Of a stretch of DNA of 64,000 bases, positions 14,742 through 25,430 are shown in pieces (positions within the stretch are counted from its first letter, which is position 1; each line of letters begins with the position of its first letter). The notes beneath the pieces were generated by a model that was not told the origin of the DNA, ran no database searches, and saw only the letters and a program-made list of their open reading frames with translations. Origin of the DNA: Dictyostelium discoideum (Eukaryota); contig CM000151.3 of assembly GCA_000004695.1 (NCBI GenBank), positions 2,496,001 through 2,560,000 on the forward strand, read 5' to 3'. Made by a program: the position numbers and the translations under genes.

Positions 14742-15081
14742 TTTAATTGTGTGTTGAATTTAAAAAAAGATAATTTGTATAAATGAAATTTTAATTTTTC
14801 AGTTTAATGATTTTAAAATGAAAATCATATTTTCTTTTTATAGTTTTTTTTTTTTTTTTTTTCCAATTAAAATTAAAGATTTAATTTATTTTTTTTTTAA
14901 TTTTTTAATTTTGTAAAATGACCAACTATTTTTATTGAAAAAATTAATGGGTATAAATTTTTTAAAATTTAATAAAAATCACCCCACTTTTCAGATTTTT
15001 CCTAGCTGTCGCAATTGGTGTGAAAAAAAAAATAAAATTAAAATGATTGTAAATTTTTTTTGTAATGGTTTGATTATTAAA

Positions 15082-15119
<38 letters not shown>

Positions 15120-15464
15120 TAAATTTGTAAATTTGGAATTTTTATGATTGAAAATAATTATATCTTTTTTTTTTTTATGATTTTTTTTTTTTTATTGATT
15201 TTTTTTATTTTTTTTTTATTGTTTTTTCAATGAAAAAAAAAGTTTTTATTCCTTAAAGATTGACGATAATTAATTTAGATTGGATATTATAAAAATACAG
15301 TTTTTTTTTTTTTTTTTTTATCATTTTTTATTTCAAATTTAATAATAATAGTTTAGAAATGGAAAAAATATAATAAACAAAATCTTGAATTTGGATTTTT
15401 TTTTTTTTTTTTTATTAAATTTGATTAAAAATTAAATTACAATTTTAATAATAAGATTAAAAAT

Positions 15465-16226
15465 TTATTCTAAAGCAGTAGCAATGTAATCAGCTCTTAA
15501 TGAATAGACTTTGTTAGCATTCCAAGTGTAGAAAACACAATCGAAACCTTTGGTGGTAATGTTTCTTGGTTGAACACCAATACGAGTTTGATTGGTAGCA
15601 TCAGTACAATCGATTTGATCAAAGTTGAGGGCAACCTTTGGGAGAGTAGCAAATTCAAATTGGAATTTAACTGGGACAACAACTTCACGTTTACCTGAAC
15701 CGGTATTTAAGGCACAGTTATCGCCAGTGTAAATATCTGCACCAACTTGAGTGACTGAGCTTTGTACTGGTTGAGTGTAGAATTCACATCTTAATGAAAT
15801 GTGGTTATTCCAGGTTAATGGGTGGATAGCAATTGAACGAGCTCTAATTGGAGTATCAAAGAAATGATTAACAACAGTGTTACGATCAGTTACACCAGTA
15901 ATAGCAGCACCATTACGATATTCAGACCAGGTAACATTATCTAATGAATAACGGATTTTGTATGATGTAACCCATTGATCATGATCACCACGACCTTGGA
16001 GAGCAACACACATAAAAGTACGTGGAACTTCACAACCAGCAACAATGTATTGGTTGGTATCTACGATTGATGAACACCAAGCTTCTGAACCATCAATAGT
16101 ATTGGTACCTTTGTTTTTATAGTTTAAAACAGCATTAAATTGAGTGTGGACATCATTGTAATTGGTTGAGGTTCTTAAATGACATTGAGCATTTGAGATA
16201 AGTTGAACTAAACCTTGGGTAGACAT
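15465..16226 (-). CDS. Discoidin I, second tandem copy (253 aa, 7 amino-acid differences from the first copy), intact
   Basis: Near-identical ORF 1485 bp upstream of the first. The 5' and 3' flanks are also conserved, so the duplication unit is ~1.5 kb. Confidence 0.9.
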   Translation of the reverse strand: MSTQGLVQLISNAQCHLRTSTNYNDVHTQFNAVLNYKNKGTNTIDGSEAWCSSIVDTNQYIVAGCEVPRTFMCVALQGRGDHDQWVTSYKIRYSLDNVTWSEYRNGAAITGVTDRNTVVNHFFDTPIRARSIAIHPLTWNNHISLRCEFYTQPVQSSVTQVGADIYTGDNCALNTGSGKREVVVPVKFQFEFATLPKVALNFDQIDCTDATNQTRIGVQPRNITTKGFDCVFYTWNANKVYSLRADYIATALE

Positions 16227-16459
16227 TTTATAAATTTTATTATTTAAAAAGATAATTTGTATGAAATTTTAATTTTTCAATTTAATGATTTTAATTAAAA
16301 ATTTTTTTTCTTTTTATACTTTTTCTTTTTTTAATTGGTTTTTTTTTTTTTTTTTTTTATTTTTTAAATTTAATTATTTTTAATTTTTTTTGTAAATTGA
16401 CAAAAAAGTAATCATTGTTTAAATTTATTTTTGCAAAGATTTGATTTTTTAAAAACTAA

Positions 16460-16491
<32 letters not shown>

Positions 16492-16589
16492 TATTGGGGG
16501 CAAGTGAAATTTCCCAATTTTAAAATAATCTCAAACTTTTAAAAGAAAACAAAAAAAAAAAAAAAATCTTTTTACTTTTTGGGGTTTAA

Positions 16590-16622
<33 letters not shown>

Positions 16623-16857
16623 AATCAATTTTTTTTTTTTTGTTTGGATTTTATTTTTATAATTTAATAATTATTTAATAAAATATTTTCTTTTTTATAA
16701 TTTAATTTTTATGTTTAGTCTTTTAATTTATATATTTCTTTTTTTATTTATCTTTTTAAAAGCTATAATTATTATTGAGGAATCTAACTAAAGAAAATTA
16801 TATTTTTTTAATTTTATATTAAAAAATTAAAAATATTTTAATACAGTTGATTAAAAT

Positions 16858-16896
<39 letters not shown>

Positions 16897-17136
16897 TGAT
16901 TAATTAGTTTATCTAAAATATCAATTTTTTTTTAATATTTTTGAATTTTAAAATTTAAATTTATTATTCTTTTTTCAATTTAAATAATCAAATTAAAAAT
17001 TTTAATTGTAAAATATTGTATTAATATTATTGGTTTTTTTTTTTTTTTTTTTTGATCAATGTTATTAAACCATGTTCATGAATAATAAAAATTAATTTCA
17101 ATAAATTCTTAAAACCGTTTGGATAATTATAAGTTC

Positions 17137-17190
17137 TCGCTAGTTCGATTCTGAATAAATGAAATAGGAATCGAACTAGCGACATATTCT
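17137..17190. promoter_or_regulatory. Perfect 15-bp inverted repeat (TCGCTAGTTCGATTC / GAATCGAACTAGCGA, 16-bp spacer). Each arm contains an external B-box-like AGTTCGATTC, located 20-70 bp downstream of tRNAi-Met copy A
   Basis: Only the tRNA-proximal arm is shared with copy B (20709-20725). The distal arm is an extra inverted copy. Confidence 0.5.
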
Positions 17191-17580
17191 ATATAATTTT
17201 AAAATTTAGCTTCTCTAGGTTTCGATCCTAGGACCTCGAGGTTATGGGCCTCGCACTCTACCCCTGAGTTAAGAAGCTGTCGATTCAAGCTAACGAATCT
17301 TATGATTTTGTTGTAATAAAGTTACTCTATAAAATTAATACATATTAAATATGCATATTACATTACTAATTTTAGTTGACACACATTTAAATAATATAAT
17401 AATAATAATAATAATAATACTGTCAACTCATTATAAATAATATAAATACTAAAGAATAATTTTATAAACAATATTGAATATTAAATATAAACTAATATTA
17501 AATAAAGATAACAAAGTATTATTCAATTATATAATTATTAATTATATATATTTATAAAGCTAACAAGCTTTATTACATTT
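17163..17580 (-). repeat. Arm A of an inverted segmental duplication (~420 bp): tRNAi-Met gene plus 302 bp upstream flank and ~45 bp downstream flank
   Basis: Reverse complement of 20315-20730 with only a few mismatches. Confidence 0.85.
17207..17278 (-). tRNA. Initiator tRNA-Met (anticodon CAU), copy A
   Basis: Identical to copy B, see 20614-20685. Confidence 0.85.
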
Positions 17581-17831
17581 GTGTAATGAACGTCGTATTC
17601 CAATTTCTATTAAATAACAGCAGCCTGGGAAAAACAAAAAACAACATATACAAACTAATCAGACAAGAAAAAAAAGCAACCAACAACGAACAAACAAAAA
17701 AATTCAAAAACATCATCTCCCTACAACTCGAAAGATTTAGCAAACACTGGAACTCACCACTACACACAGTAGCACTACCATCAAACCTCAACAAATATAT
17801 TACGTCACTAAACACACTCTACACCCCCCAA

Positions 17832-17884
<53 letters not shown>

Positions 17885-17992
17885 ATACAACCTTAAAAGG
17901 CACCTGTAATATCTAATAATAAAATTAATAAAATGAGTTATATCTCAAGAAGAAGCAACTAAAAATTGCGTTATTCCATTCAAAAAAAAAAA
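17581..17992 (+). mobile_element. 5'-truncated TRE5-type element (a divergent subfamily relative to the 19855 copy): ORF2 C-terminal fragment, oligo(A), C-module-like tail (AAAATGAGTTATATCTCAAGAAGAAGCAACTAAAAATTGCGTTATTCCATTC) and oligo(A). Truncated 5' end abuts the duplicated tRNA flank exactly at its breakpoint
   Basis: ORF 17586-17909 ends LERFSKHWNSPLHT, matching RLEKFSHNWKSKLMT of the 19855 fragment. The tail is ~75% identical to 11385-11440. Confidence 0.6.
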
Positions 17993-18009
17993 TTCCTATT
18001 AAATACTTT

Positions 18010-18600
18010 TAATAATTTGACCCTTGAACACACAGAAATAATTAATAATAAATAATAAAAAAAAAATAATATTATATCTCTTATATAAAAATTATAAGTT
18101 TAGTTTGTGCACAATTTGGAATAAAACAACAATGAATTTTTATTTTATTTACTATTTATACTAAAATAAATTTTACTAAAATTTCTGAGAATAAAGTAAG
18201 AATCTTGTATTTGTTAACGTCTTTTCAGCTACAGATCTATTTCTATATTTGTATTTTACCAGGGATAAAAACTTAAATATAAATTTATGTCGCTTAATTA
18301 TTCGCGATTATTACATTTTTCATCATTTGAATATATAATAATTTCCATTATTCAAGATTCACAAAAAAAGAAAAAAATTAATAAAAGTAAAAAACATTTT
18401 GAAACTTGTATAAAATACATAATATACGTGAACACACAGAAATAATAATAATAATAATTTATATATATAATATATTTATCTCTTTTACTACTAAAAATAA
18501 TGTTTATCTTTATTTTATTTAAACTATTTATACTAAAATTAATTTTATAAAGAAACGAATTTTTTAAATTTAGATCACCAAAATACCTTTTTTTTTTTTT
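18010..18600 (+). repeat. Two degenerate ~180-bp direct repeats (18010-18200 and 18420-18600) sharing GAACACACAGAAATAAT..., ...ATCTCTT..., ...ACTATTTATACTAAAAT.AATTTTA
   Basis: Visible as collinear blocks ~410 bp apart. Origin unknown; could be a solo-LTR-like or satellite remnant. Confidence 0.35.
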
Positions 18601-19283
18601 TTTAAAAAAAATCATAATTTTCTATTGCAATAACTCTTTTTTTTTTTTTTATATATTTTCAAAATTTTTTTTTTTTATTAATTATTATTTAAAAATAAAT
18701 ATAATATAAATTTTAAATATTATTTTAATATAAATATAATATATTTTATTAAATATTTACACATATTAATTTTTTTTTTTTTTATTTTTTTTTTTTATTT
18801 TTAGAAGTTTTAAAGATTTAATTAAATGTAAAGTATGTACTATAATGTGTTCACAATCAATATTTTATAATTGAGATCTTGGAGTTTGTATTTTTTGTAT
18901 TAAAGTAATGATAAAGGAAGAAGATGAACAATTAATTAAAAAAGAAGTTAAATCTATTTCAATTGAAGATGATCTTTATGATGAAGATAGTTATTGTTTG
19001 GATTGTGGGCAATTTAAAACACACTACTCCAGACATTGTAGTAGTATTCATCAACAAGTTAATGTTAATAAAGTTATAATGGATCACTGTAAACGTTATC
19101 CCAGAGAATCATTTAGAGGTAAAAAATCAAAAAAAAATGGAGATCAATTGAATATTCCATTTAAGTTATGGTTCAAGTCATTATAATTTTGGTAATACTG
19201 ATGACAAAACAAGTATCCAATGCTTCAATTGTATAGAATTTCATCCCATTCAATACCTTTAACTGATGCTGATGCTATAATTA

Positions 19284-19382
<99 letters not shown>

Positions 19383-19455
19383 TTCGTTTTTTCAATATTT
19401 CTTTTTTATTTCATTTTTAAAGGGAACAAAATATAATAGTTTGAGCAAAAAAAAA

Positions 19456-19494
<39 letters not shown>

Positions 19495-19854
19495 GCGCCA
19501 ACCCCAATAGAAGTTTACACCAATCAAAATTTTCAAAAAAAAAAAAATAAATTAAAATAAAATAAAAAGATGGCTTTTTTAAATAAGTGACTTTATTTAT
19601 TTGTTTTTAAGTCTTTTTATATGAAAAATGAAATAATCAAAAAGAAGTTGTTTTTGTTGGTTGTTTTTGTATATCTCTCTTAAGATTGTATATCCAAATG
19701 ATGAAAATGTAATAATCGCCAATGAATAAGCGACATATATTAACATATATAGTTTTCATCCCTGTTTGAGAAAGGATCTGTAACAACAAAAATGCACTAT
19801 TCATTCAGTGAATGTTCAGGATTTATCAAATTTTTTTCTCCAAATTAGAATATC

Positions 19855-20152
19855 TTGGAAAAAAAGACAGCCATTATGGAATCGATATGGTACAGAAGAA
19901 ACCAAATAAAATTCAACGATAACACTACAATAATAACAGAGAACCAAATAATTCATAAAATCAAAAAAGCGAGAGATGCCGAATGGGATAGAACAAGAAA
20001 GATAGTAGAAAAGCAACTACGTCAAGAACTAAGATGCACTGATAACCGAGAGTCAATCAATAGGACCGCATCAATAAAAAGAAGACTCGAAAAATTCAGT
20101 CACAACTGGAAATCGAAACTCATGACCATAAACATCCCGGAACACTTCAGAC
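19855..20152 (+). mobile_element. TRE5-A-like ORF2 3'-terminal fragment. The upstream boundary is uncertain and may extend to ~19700. Interrupted at 20152 by a nested insertion
   Basis: Translation ESIWYRRNQIKFND...AEWDRTRKIVEKQL...RLEKFSHNWKS is TRE5 ORF2-like. The track start is a TTG, not a real start codon. Confidence 0.55.
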
Positions 20153-20280
20153 TTTTTTTTTTTTTTTGAATTGGATAACGCAATTATTTGCTTCTCCTTG
20201 AGATGCTAGATCTCATTTTATTTTATTTTTTTTTTACAGGGTCCCTAAAAGAGGGGTTGGTTTACCTTTTTTTTTTTTTA
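20153..20280 (-). mobile_element. Nested, minus-oriented insertion of a minimal TRE5-A 3' end (oligo(A), ~105-bp C-module, oligo(A)) flanked by a 13-bp TSD GAACACTTCAGAC
   Basis: TSD copies at 20140-20152 and 20281-20293. Inserted segment is the reverse complement of 11318-11451. Confidence 0.65.
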
Positions 20281-20613
20281 GAACACTTCAGACAACATTT
20301 AGTTATTTGATATGAAATGTAATAAAGCTTGTTAGCTTTATAAATATATAATTAATAATTATATAATTGAATAATACTTTGTTATCTTTATTTAATATTA
20401 GTTTATATTTATAATATTCAATATTGTTTATAAAATTATTCTTTAGTATTTATATTATTTATAATGAGTTGACAGTATTATTATTATTATTATTATATTA
20501 TTTAAATGTGTGTCAACTATAATTAGTAATGTAATATGCATATTTAATATCTATTAATTTTATAGAGTAACTTTATTACAGAAAAATCATAAGATTCGTT
20601 AGCTTGAATCGAC

Positions 20614-20685
20614 AGCTTCTTAACTCAGGGGTAGAGTGCGAGGCCCATAACCTCGAGGTCCTAGGATCGAAACCTAGAGAAGCTA
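20614..20685 (+). tRNA. Initiator tRNA-Met (anticodon CAU), copy B
   Basis: AGCTTCTTAACTCAGGGGTAGAGTGCGAGGCCCATAACCTCGAGGTCCTAGGATCGAAACCTAGAGAAGCTA. Perfect 7-bp acceptor stem. Anticodon loop CCCATAA has C33. T-loop GATCGAAAC has A54 and A60. These are eukaryotic initiator-specific features. Similar to human tRNAi-Met (GGCCCATAACC, AGGTC, GGATCGAAACC blocks). Confidence 0.85.
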
Positions 20686-20714
20686 AATTTTAAAATTATA
20701 CAGAATATGTCGCT

Positions 20715-20725
20715 AGTTCGATTCC
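20715..20725 (+). promoter_or_regulatory. External B-box (AGTTCGATTCC) 30-40 bp downstream of tRNAi-Met copy B
   Basis: Matches the B-box consensus GGTTCGANTCC at the position established for Dictyostelium ex-B boxes. Confidence 0.55.
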
Positions 20726-21023
20726 TATTTTAAAGAATTAAATTCCATATTGATTTAATTTTAAAAAAATTAAAAGCCTACAGTTGATCAAACGGATACT
20801 AGATACAGAAAAACATATCCATCAATCTAACATCAACTACATTCAATCTATCTACTCTACACACTAATTCCTTCAATCCTTGGATTGGGAATAAGAATAG
20901 ATCTGAATAAACGATAAAGAAAAAAAAAAATAAAAATAAAAATCAAAAATATTTTTATATAAACACATAATTAAAAAAAAAAAATAATAAAAATAATCTA
21001 AAAAAAAAAAAAAAAAAAAAAAA

Positions 21024-21800
21024 ATGAATTTTTTCGATAAACTTAAAGGTGAACTCAACTTAGGCGAAGAAGAGTTAAATAAAAAAACTATTCAAATAAG
21101 GTTATTCTACCCACATACCTTGGAATTAAATAGTAATTCAACAAAATTAATAGATAATTTCATAGTTAATGGTACTCTTAACATTGTCAGAAGACAAAAA
21201 GGTATAACAGTATTTGGTAGAATACTAAAAGAAAAATTCACATTATTACACGAGTGTTACAGCACTTTCAAGTATGAAGATTTCCCACTGCAAAAATTCA
21301 TACTTTACACCCCAGGATATCACTATGTCCACTTTTACACATTTACAAAAAACATAATAAAAAAAATAAACAATCAAATGGTAAAAGAAAACTGGGGATT
21401 GGAGCCATTACTAATAGATGAATGCAACATAGTAATGCTACCAGATGTGATTAGATATTCATGCATTCTATTATTTAACAAAGAAGATGATATCTCAATC
21501 ATTAAAACAAACATTGATGCTATAAAAGGTAGTAAGCATCCAATAAGAGCCTTCATCTCTGAATATAACAATAAAGAAATAAGAGATGTTAGAAAAAAAA
21601 AAAACACAAGTAATAAAAATCAACAACCAACAACTACAAATACAACTAAACCAATACCATCAACTCCACCAACAACTAATGCATCAACAACCACACCAAT
21701 AACAACCACACCAATAACAACCACACAAACAACAACCACACCAACAACAATCACACATCAATTACCAACAAGCAATACAACAATCAACAACCTAAACAAA

Positions 21801-21835
<35 letters not shown>

Positions 21836-21905
21836 AAAACCTATCAATAAAATTACTACAAGCAATGGTACCAAGTTTCCAATTGCCAGTAGTATTAGAA
21901 AATAA
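21024..21905 (+). CDS. TRE3 ORF1 (293 aa, Thr-rich C-terminus)
   Basis: First ORF of the element. Confidence 0.7.
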
Positions 21906-24640
21906 TGGAACAATTAAAATTATTACTATGGAACTGCAGAGGTAATCAATCAACCAACGCTAAGAATAAAACAGAAGAAACGATAAAAAGAATTGGCACT
22001 CAATTAACACTCCTAACTGAAACTAATTTCAATGGATTCAACCACCACAAAACAATGTTCAACTTTGAAAGAATAGATCATGGTTCAGGTAAAGGAACTG
22101 GCATAGCAATAGAAAATAGAGATACAAGAAAAGGCCACATATCAATAAACTTCAAAGACGATGATGGTAGAATACTATCAATTAAATACAATTCCTTTAA
22201 TTCTATCAACATATTATTGATCAATGCTCCAGCGACTATATCTGAAAGAAACACCTTCATAATCAACTCAAAATCACTGTTTAAAAAATATAATTCAATC
22301 AACCATCAAATAATAGCAGGCGACTTCAATAACAACCACGATTGCAACAGCTTCTTCGGTACTGAATTACGTAAAATAATAGACCAAGACATGCTACTAG
22401 ATACTGGTATTGAAGAAAACACTCCAACATTTCCAAGATCAATGAAGAGACTAGATAGAATCTACTGTCATCCAACACTACTAAACCAAAATTCAAAACT
22501 GGTAGTCCACAACACAGTATTCAACAAATCAGATCACTTTCCCATCACAATCACAATACAAACCAACAGAGAAACAACAACAACAACAACAACAACCAAA
22601 CTAGAAAGACTCCCTTGGACATTATGTAAAGAAATTCTCAACAACAAACATATACATGATGGGTTATCAGAATTAATCAGTAAGAACAAAGATAAGATCA
22701 AATCAGTGGAGGAATGGACGAAATTTAAAAATAATGTCATCAGAGATTATTTAAAAAAAGAACAAAACAAAATAAAGAAAGAAAAGAACAAAAGAAAATA
22801 CGTAATCCACAAATTACTTGGAAATAGTGATATCATTCCAAAGATGAGAAAAGAACTCAATGAAGAAATAAGTAGAATATTAGAAGAAGAAAGAAAGGTA
22901 AAAGCATGGGATATAAAATTAAAACTCCACCTGCATCAAGAAACACCAAGCAAATACCTCACAAGTATCCTTAAATCCAGAGCCAAAGATAAATCAATAT
23001 TCCAAATAAAAGATAAAGATAATAAGACCATATCAGATAAAGAGAACATAGCAAAAAGATTTGTTGAATTCTATCAAGATCAATATGAAGAGAAAGAAGA
23101 TAACGAAGAAACCCACAAGAAGTTATTAGAAAAATGGGAAGTAGACGTTGATTTAATCAAGAAACTCGAGATAGACAGACCGATAAGAATACATGAAGTG
23201 ACCAAAGCAATCAAAACTTCAAGTATCCACAAATCTCCAGGTTTAGACGGTATCAATGCACTATTCTACAAGTACCACATCAACTCAATAGCAAGAATAT
23301 TGACTATAGCTTTCAACGACCTCCTCACAAATAAGAAAGAAATCCCCACAAAATTCAAAGAAGGAGTAATAACAACAATATTCAAAAAAGGAGATGAACT
23401 AAACATTTCAAATAGAAGACCAATCACCCTTCTCAATACAGATTACAAAATTTTAAGCAAAATTCTCAACAGTAGATTATTAGATATCACCAGTAAAATT
23501 ATCAACAAATTTCAAAACGGCTTTGTTCCAAACAGGTTCATCCAAGACAATATTCAGATCATGAAGGAAGTAATAGAAATAAGTAACAAAAGAAAGAACA
23601 ATACACTCATTACCTTTTACGATTTTAACAAAGCATTCGATTCAATCAGCCACAAGAGTATCACAAGAACATTAGAGCATATTGGTATCCCCCCAAAATT
23701 CACAGCGATCCTACTAAACCTACTCAAAGATACTAAAAACAAAATAAAGATCAACGACTTTTTAGTCAATGGAATAACAATCAGAACAGGAACAAAACAA
23801 GGAGACCCAATATCACCAACAATCTTTGCTCTAGTTTTAGAACCACTTCTAATAGATATCATCAATGATAATACAATCAAAGGCTTCACTCTACCAAATT
23901 CCAAATCATTAAAACTCACTGCATTTGCTGACGACATAGCAACCTTTACAAACTCCACAGAAGAACTAATGAAAATTAATACTAAAATCCAAAAGTACTG
24001 CTCAGCAACGTCATCATCGTTAAACAAAGAGAAAACAGTAATGATAGCAATAGGAGATAAACCACACGATCTACCATTCCAAGAGAGTACAGTCCCAGAA
24101 AGATATCTTGGCCTCAATTTCACCAAAACAGGTTTAAATTCAAAATACAACACTTTAATCCAAGAAATGAAAAACAATCTAATCAAATGGAAATCACAAG
24201 CAATAACGATGAAGGCAAAGATGACAATTCTCAAAACATACGTTCTATCCAAATTAACATACCATCAATACATGGATAATCTAAATGAAGAACAAATTGA
24301 GGAAATCAATAACATGACCAGATGGTTCTTATTCTCCTCAGTTAAGAATACATATACAGAAGAGAGAAAATACAAAACTATGATGAAAATAGACAGAGCA
24401 TATGCAGATTGGAAAGAAGGAGGCATAAAATTATGGGATATAGAACTAAGACATATAGCATTCAAAATCTGGTACATGAACAGGCTACTCCATAACAACT
24501 ACAACAACAACAACAATACCTTACAAGAATGGTACATGGAGCAATTAAGTAGAAAAAAGCCCACACTTCAACCCTCAACGATATGTGCAGACACTGGGGT
24601 GTATTCAGAGTCAAATTTTACCAAAACCATCCAAAGATAA
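21905..24640 (+). CDS. TRE3 ORF2: apurinic/apyrimidinic-type endonuclease plus reverse transcriptase (911 aa to the first stop)
   Basis: EEP/APE-like N-terminus, RT motifs 1-7 including FADD at the YXDD position. Confidence 0.8.
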   Translation: MEQLKLLLWNCRGNQSTNAKNKTEETIKRIGTQLTLLTETNFNGFNHHKTMFNFERIDHGSGKGTGIAIENRDTRKGHISINFKDDDGRILSIKYNSFNSINILLINAPATISERNTFIINSKSLFKKYNSINHQIIAGDFNNNHDCNSFFGTELRKIIDQDMLLDTGIEENTPTFPRSMKRLDRIYCHPTLLNQNSKLVVHNTVFNKSDHFPITITIQTNRETTTTTTTTKLERLPWTLCKEILNNKHIHDGLSELISKNKDKIKSVEEWTKFKNNVIRDYLKKEQNKIKKEKNKRKYVIHKLLGNSDIIPKMRKELNEEISRILEEERKVKAWDIKLKLHLHQETPSKYLTSILKSRAKDKSIFQIKDKDNKTISDKENIAKRFVEFYQDQYEEKEDNEETHKKLLEKWEVDVDLIKKLEIDRPIRIHEVTKAIKTSSIHKSPGLDGINALFYKYHINSIARILTIAFNDLLTNKKEIPTKFKEGVITTIFKKGDELNISNRRPITLLNTDYKILSKILNSRLLDITSKIINKFQNGFVPNRFIQDNIQIMKEVIEISNKRKNNTLITFYDFNKAFDSISHKSITRTLEHIGIPPKFTAILLNLLKDTKNKIKINDFLVNGITIRTGTKQGDPISPTIFALVLEPLLIDIINDNTIKGFTLPNSKSLKLTAFADDIATFTNSTEELMKINTKIQKYCSATSSSLNKEKTVMIAIGDKPHDLPFQESTVPERYLGLNFTKTGLNSKYNTLIQEMKNNLIKWKSQAITMKAKMTILKTYVLSKLTYHQYMDNLNEEQIEEINNMTRWFLFSSVKNTYTEERKYKTMMKIDRAYADWKEGGIKLWDIELRHIAFKIWYMNRLLHNNYNNNNNTLQEWYMEQLSRKKPTLQPSTICADTGVYSESNFTKTIQR

Positions 24641-25350
24641 ATGAACTTCCAGACTGTATAAGAAACGACAATGATGAACCACTAAAACTGAAAGAAATTT
24701 ACGAACTCATGATCAAAGACAGACACCCAACACCAAGAAGAACAGAATGGCAGAAGTTATGGGCGGTGAGATACAACACAGCAATACCCAAAGTATTCAT
24801 AAACATCAACAGCATTTCTCACCAAAAAGGTAGAAACACCCTCTTCAGATTCTTCTCAAGATCACTTCCAGGTATCAACCACGAAAGAGACACCAGATGC
24901 AAGATCTGTGGCCACCTATTCAGAGACCCTTATTCTCACCTCTTCACTCTATGCCAAGATATCCTAGATATTGAAAAAACCATCATATCAACAGTTAACA
25001 AATTATCATTCATCAAAATCCAAAGATGGTCAATGGATACCTTAGACATATCAAAATACAACAGAACTGAGAGAATCTTCCCCAATCTCATAGGAATAAT
25101 AGCACACCAATTATGGAAGATAATCTGTCACAAATTGTTCAACACTGATGAAAGCAAACCAGAGCCAAAATTCGAGCAAAAGGTCATAGAAACAGAATTA
25201 CTAAATCTCATCGAAACTGAAAAATTCATCACACTAAAGAAAATCAAACACGACGAAGCAATACTAAAAAACACCAATCAAGATCTTCACAAATACAAAT
25301 TCAACAAAGCCTGGCAAACCCCAGCAGCTCCGAACCCTCTTCCAATTTAA
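24583..25350 (+). CDS. TRE3 ORF2 C-terminal Cys/His (zinc-finger-like) domain in a different frame from 21905-24640. Apparent frameshift within 24583-24640, so this copy may be defective or the shift is programmed or a sequencing error
   Basis: CKICGH...H...C motif typical of non-LTR ORF2 tails. Overlaps the end of the RT frame. Confidence 0.5.
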   Translation: MCRHWGVFRVKFYQNHPKINELPDCIRNDNDEPLKLKEIYELMIKDRHPTPRRTEWQKLWAVRYNTAIPKVFININSISHQKGRNTLFRFFSRSLPGINHERDTRCKICGHLFRDPYSHLFTLCQDILDIEKTIISTVNKLSFIKIQRWSMDTLDISKYNRTERIFPNLIGIIAHQLWKIICHKLFNTDESKPEPKFEQKVIETELLNLIETEKFITLKKIKHDEAILKNTNQDLHKYKFNKAWQTPAAPNPLPI

Positions 25351-25355
25351 GTAGT

Positions 25356-25430
<75 letters not shown>

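Larger units (their letters stand above)
20315..20730 (+). repeat. Arm B of the inverted segmental duplication (tRNAi-Met plus flanks)
   Basis: Reverse complement of 17163-17580. Confidence 0.85.

Noticed and set aside
17586-20169. ORFs 17586-17909 and 19855-20169 as cellular genes
   Set aside because: Both are C-terminal fragments of TRE5 ORF2 (related to each other and to 1539-2057), 5'-truncated, with non-ATG track starts, and followed by element tails.
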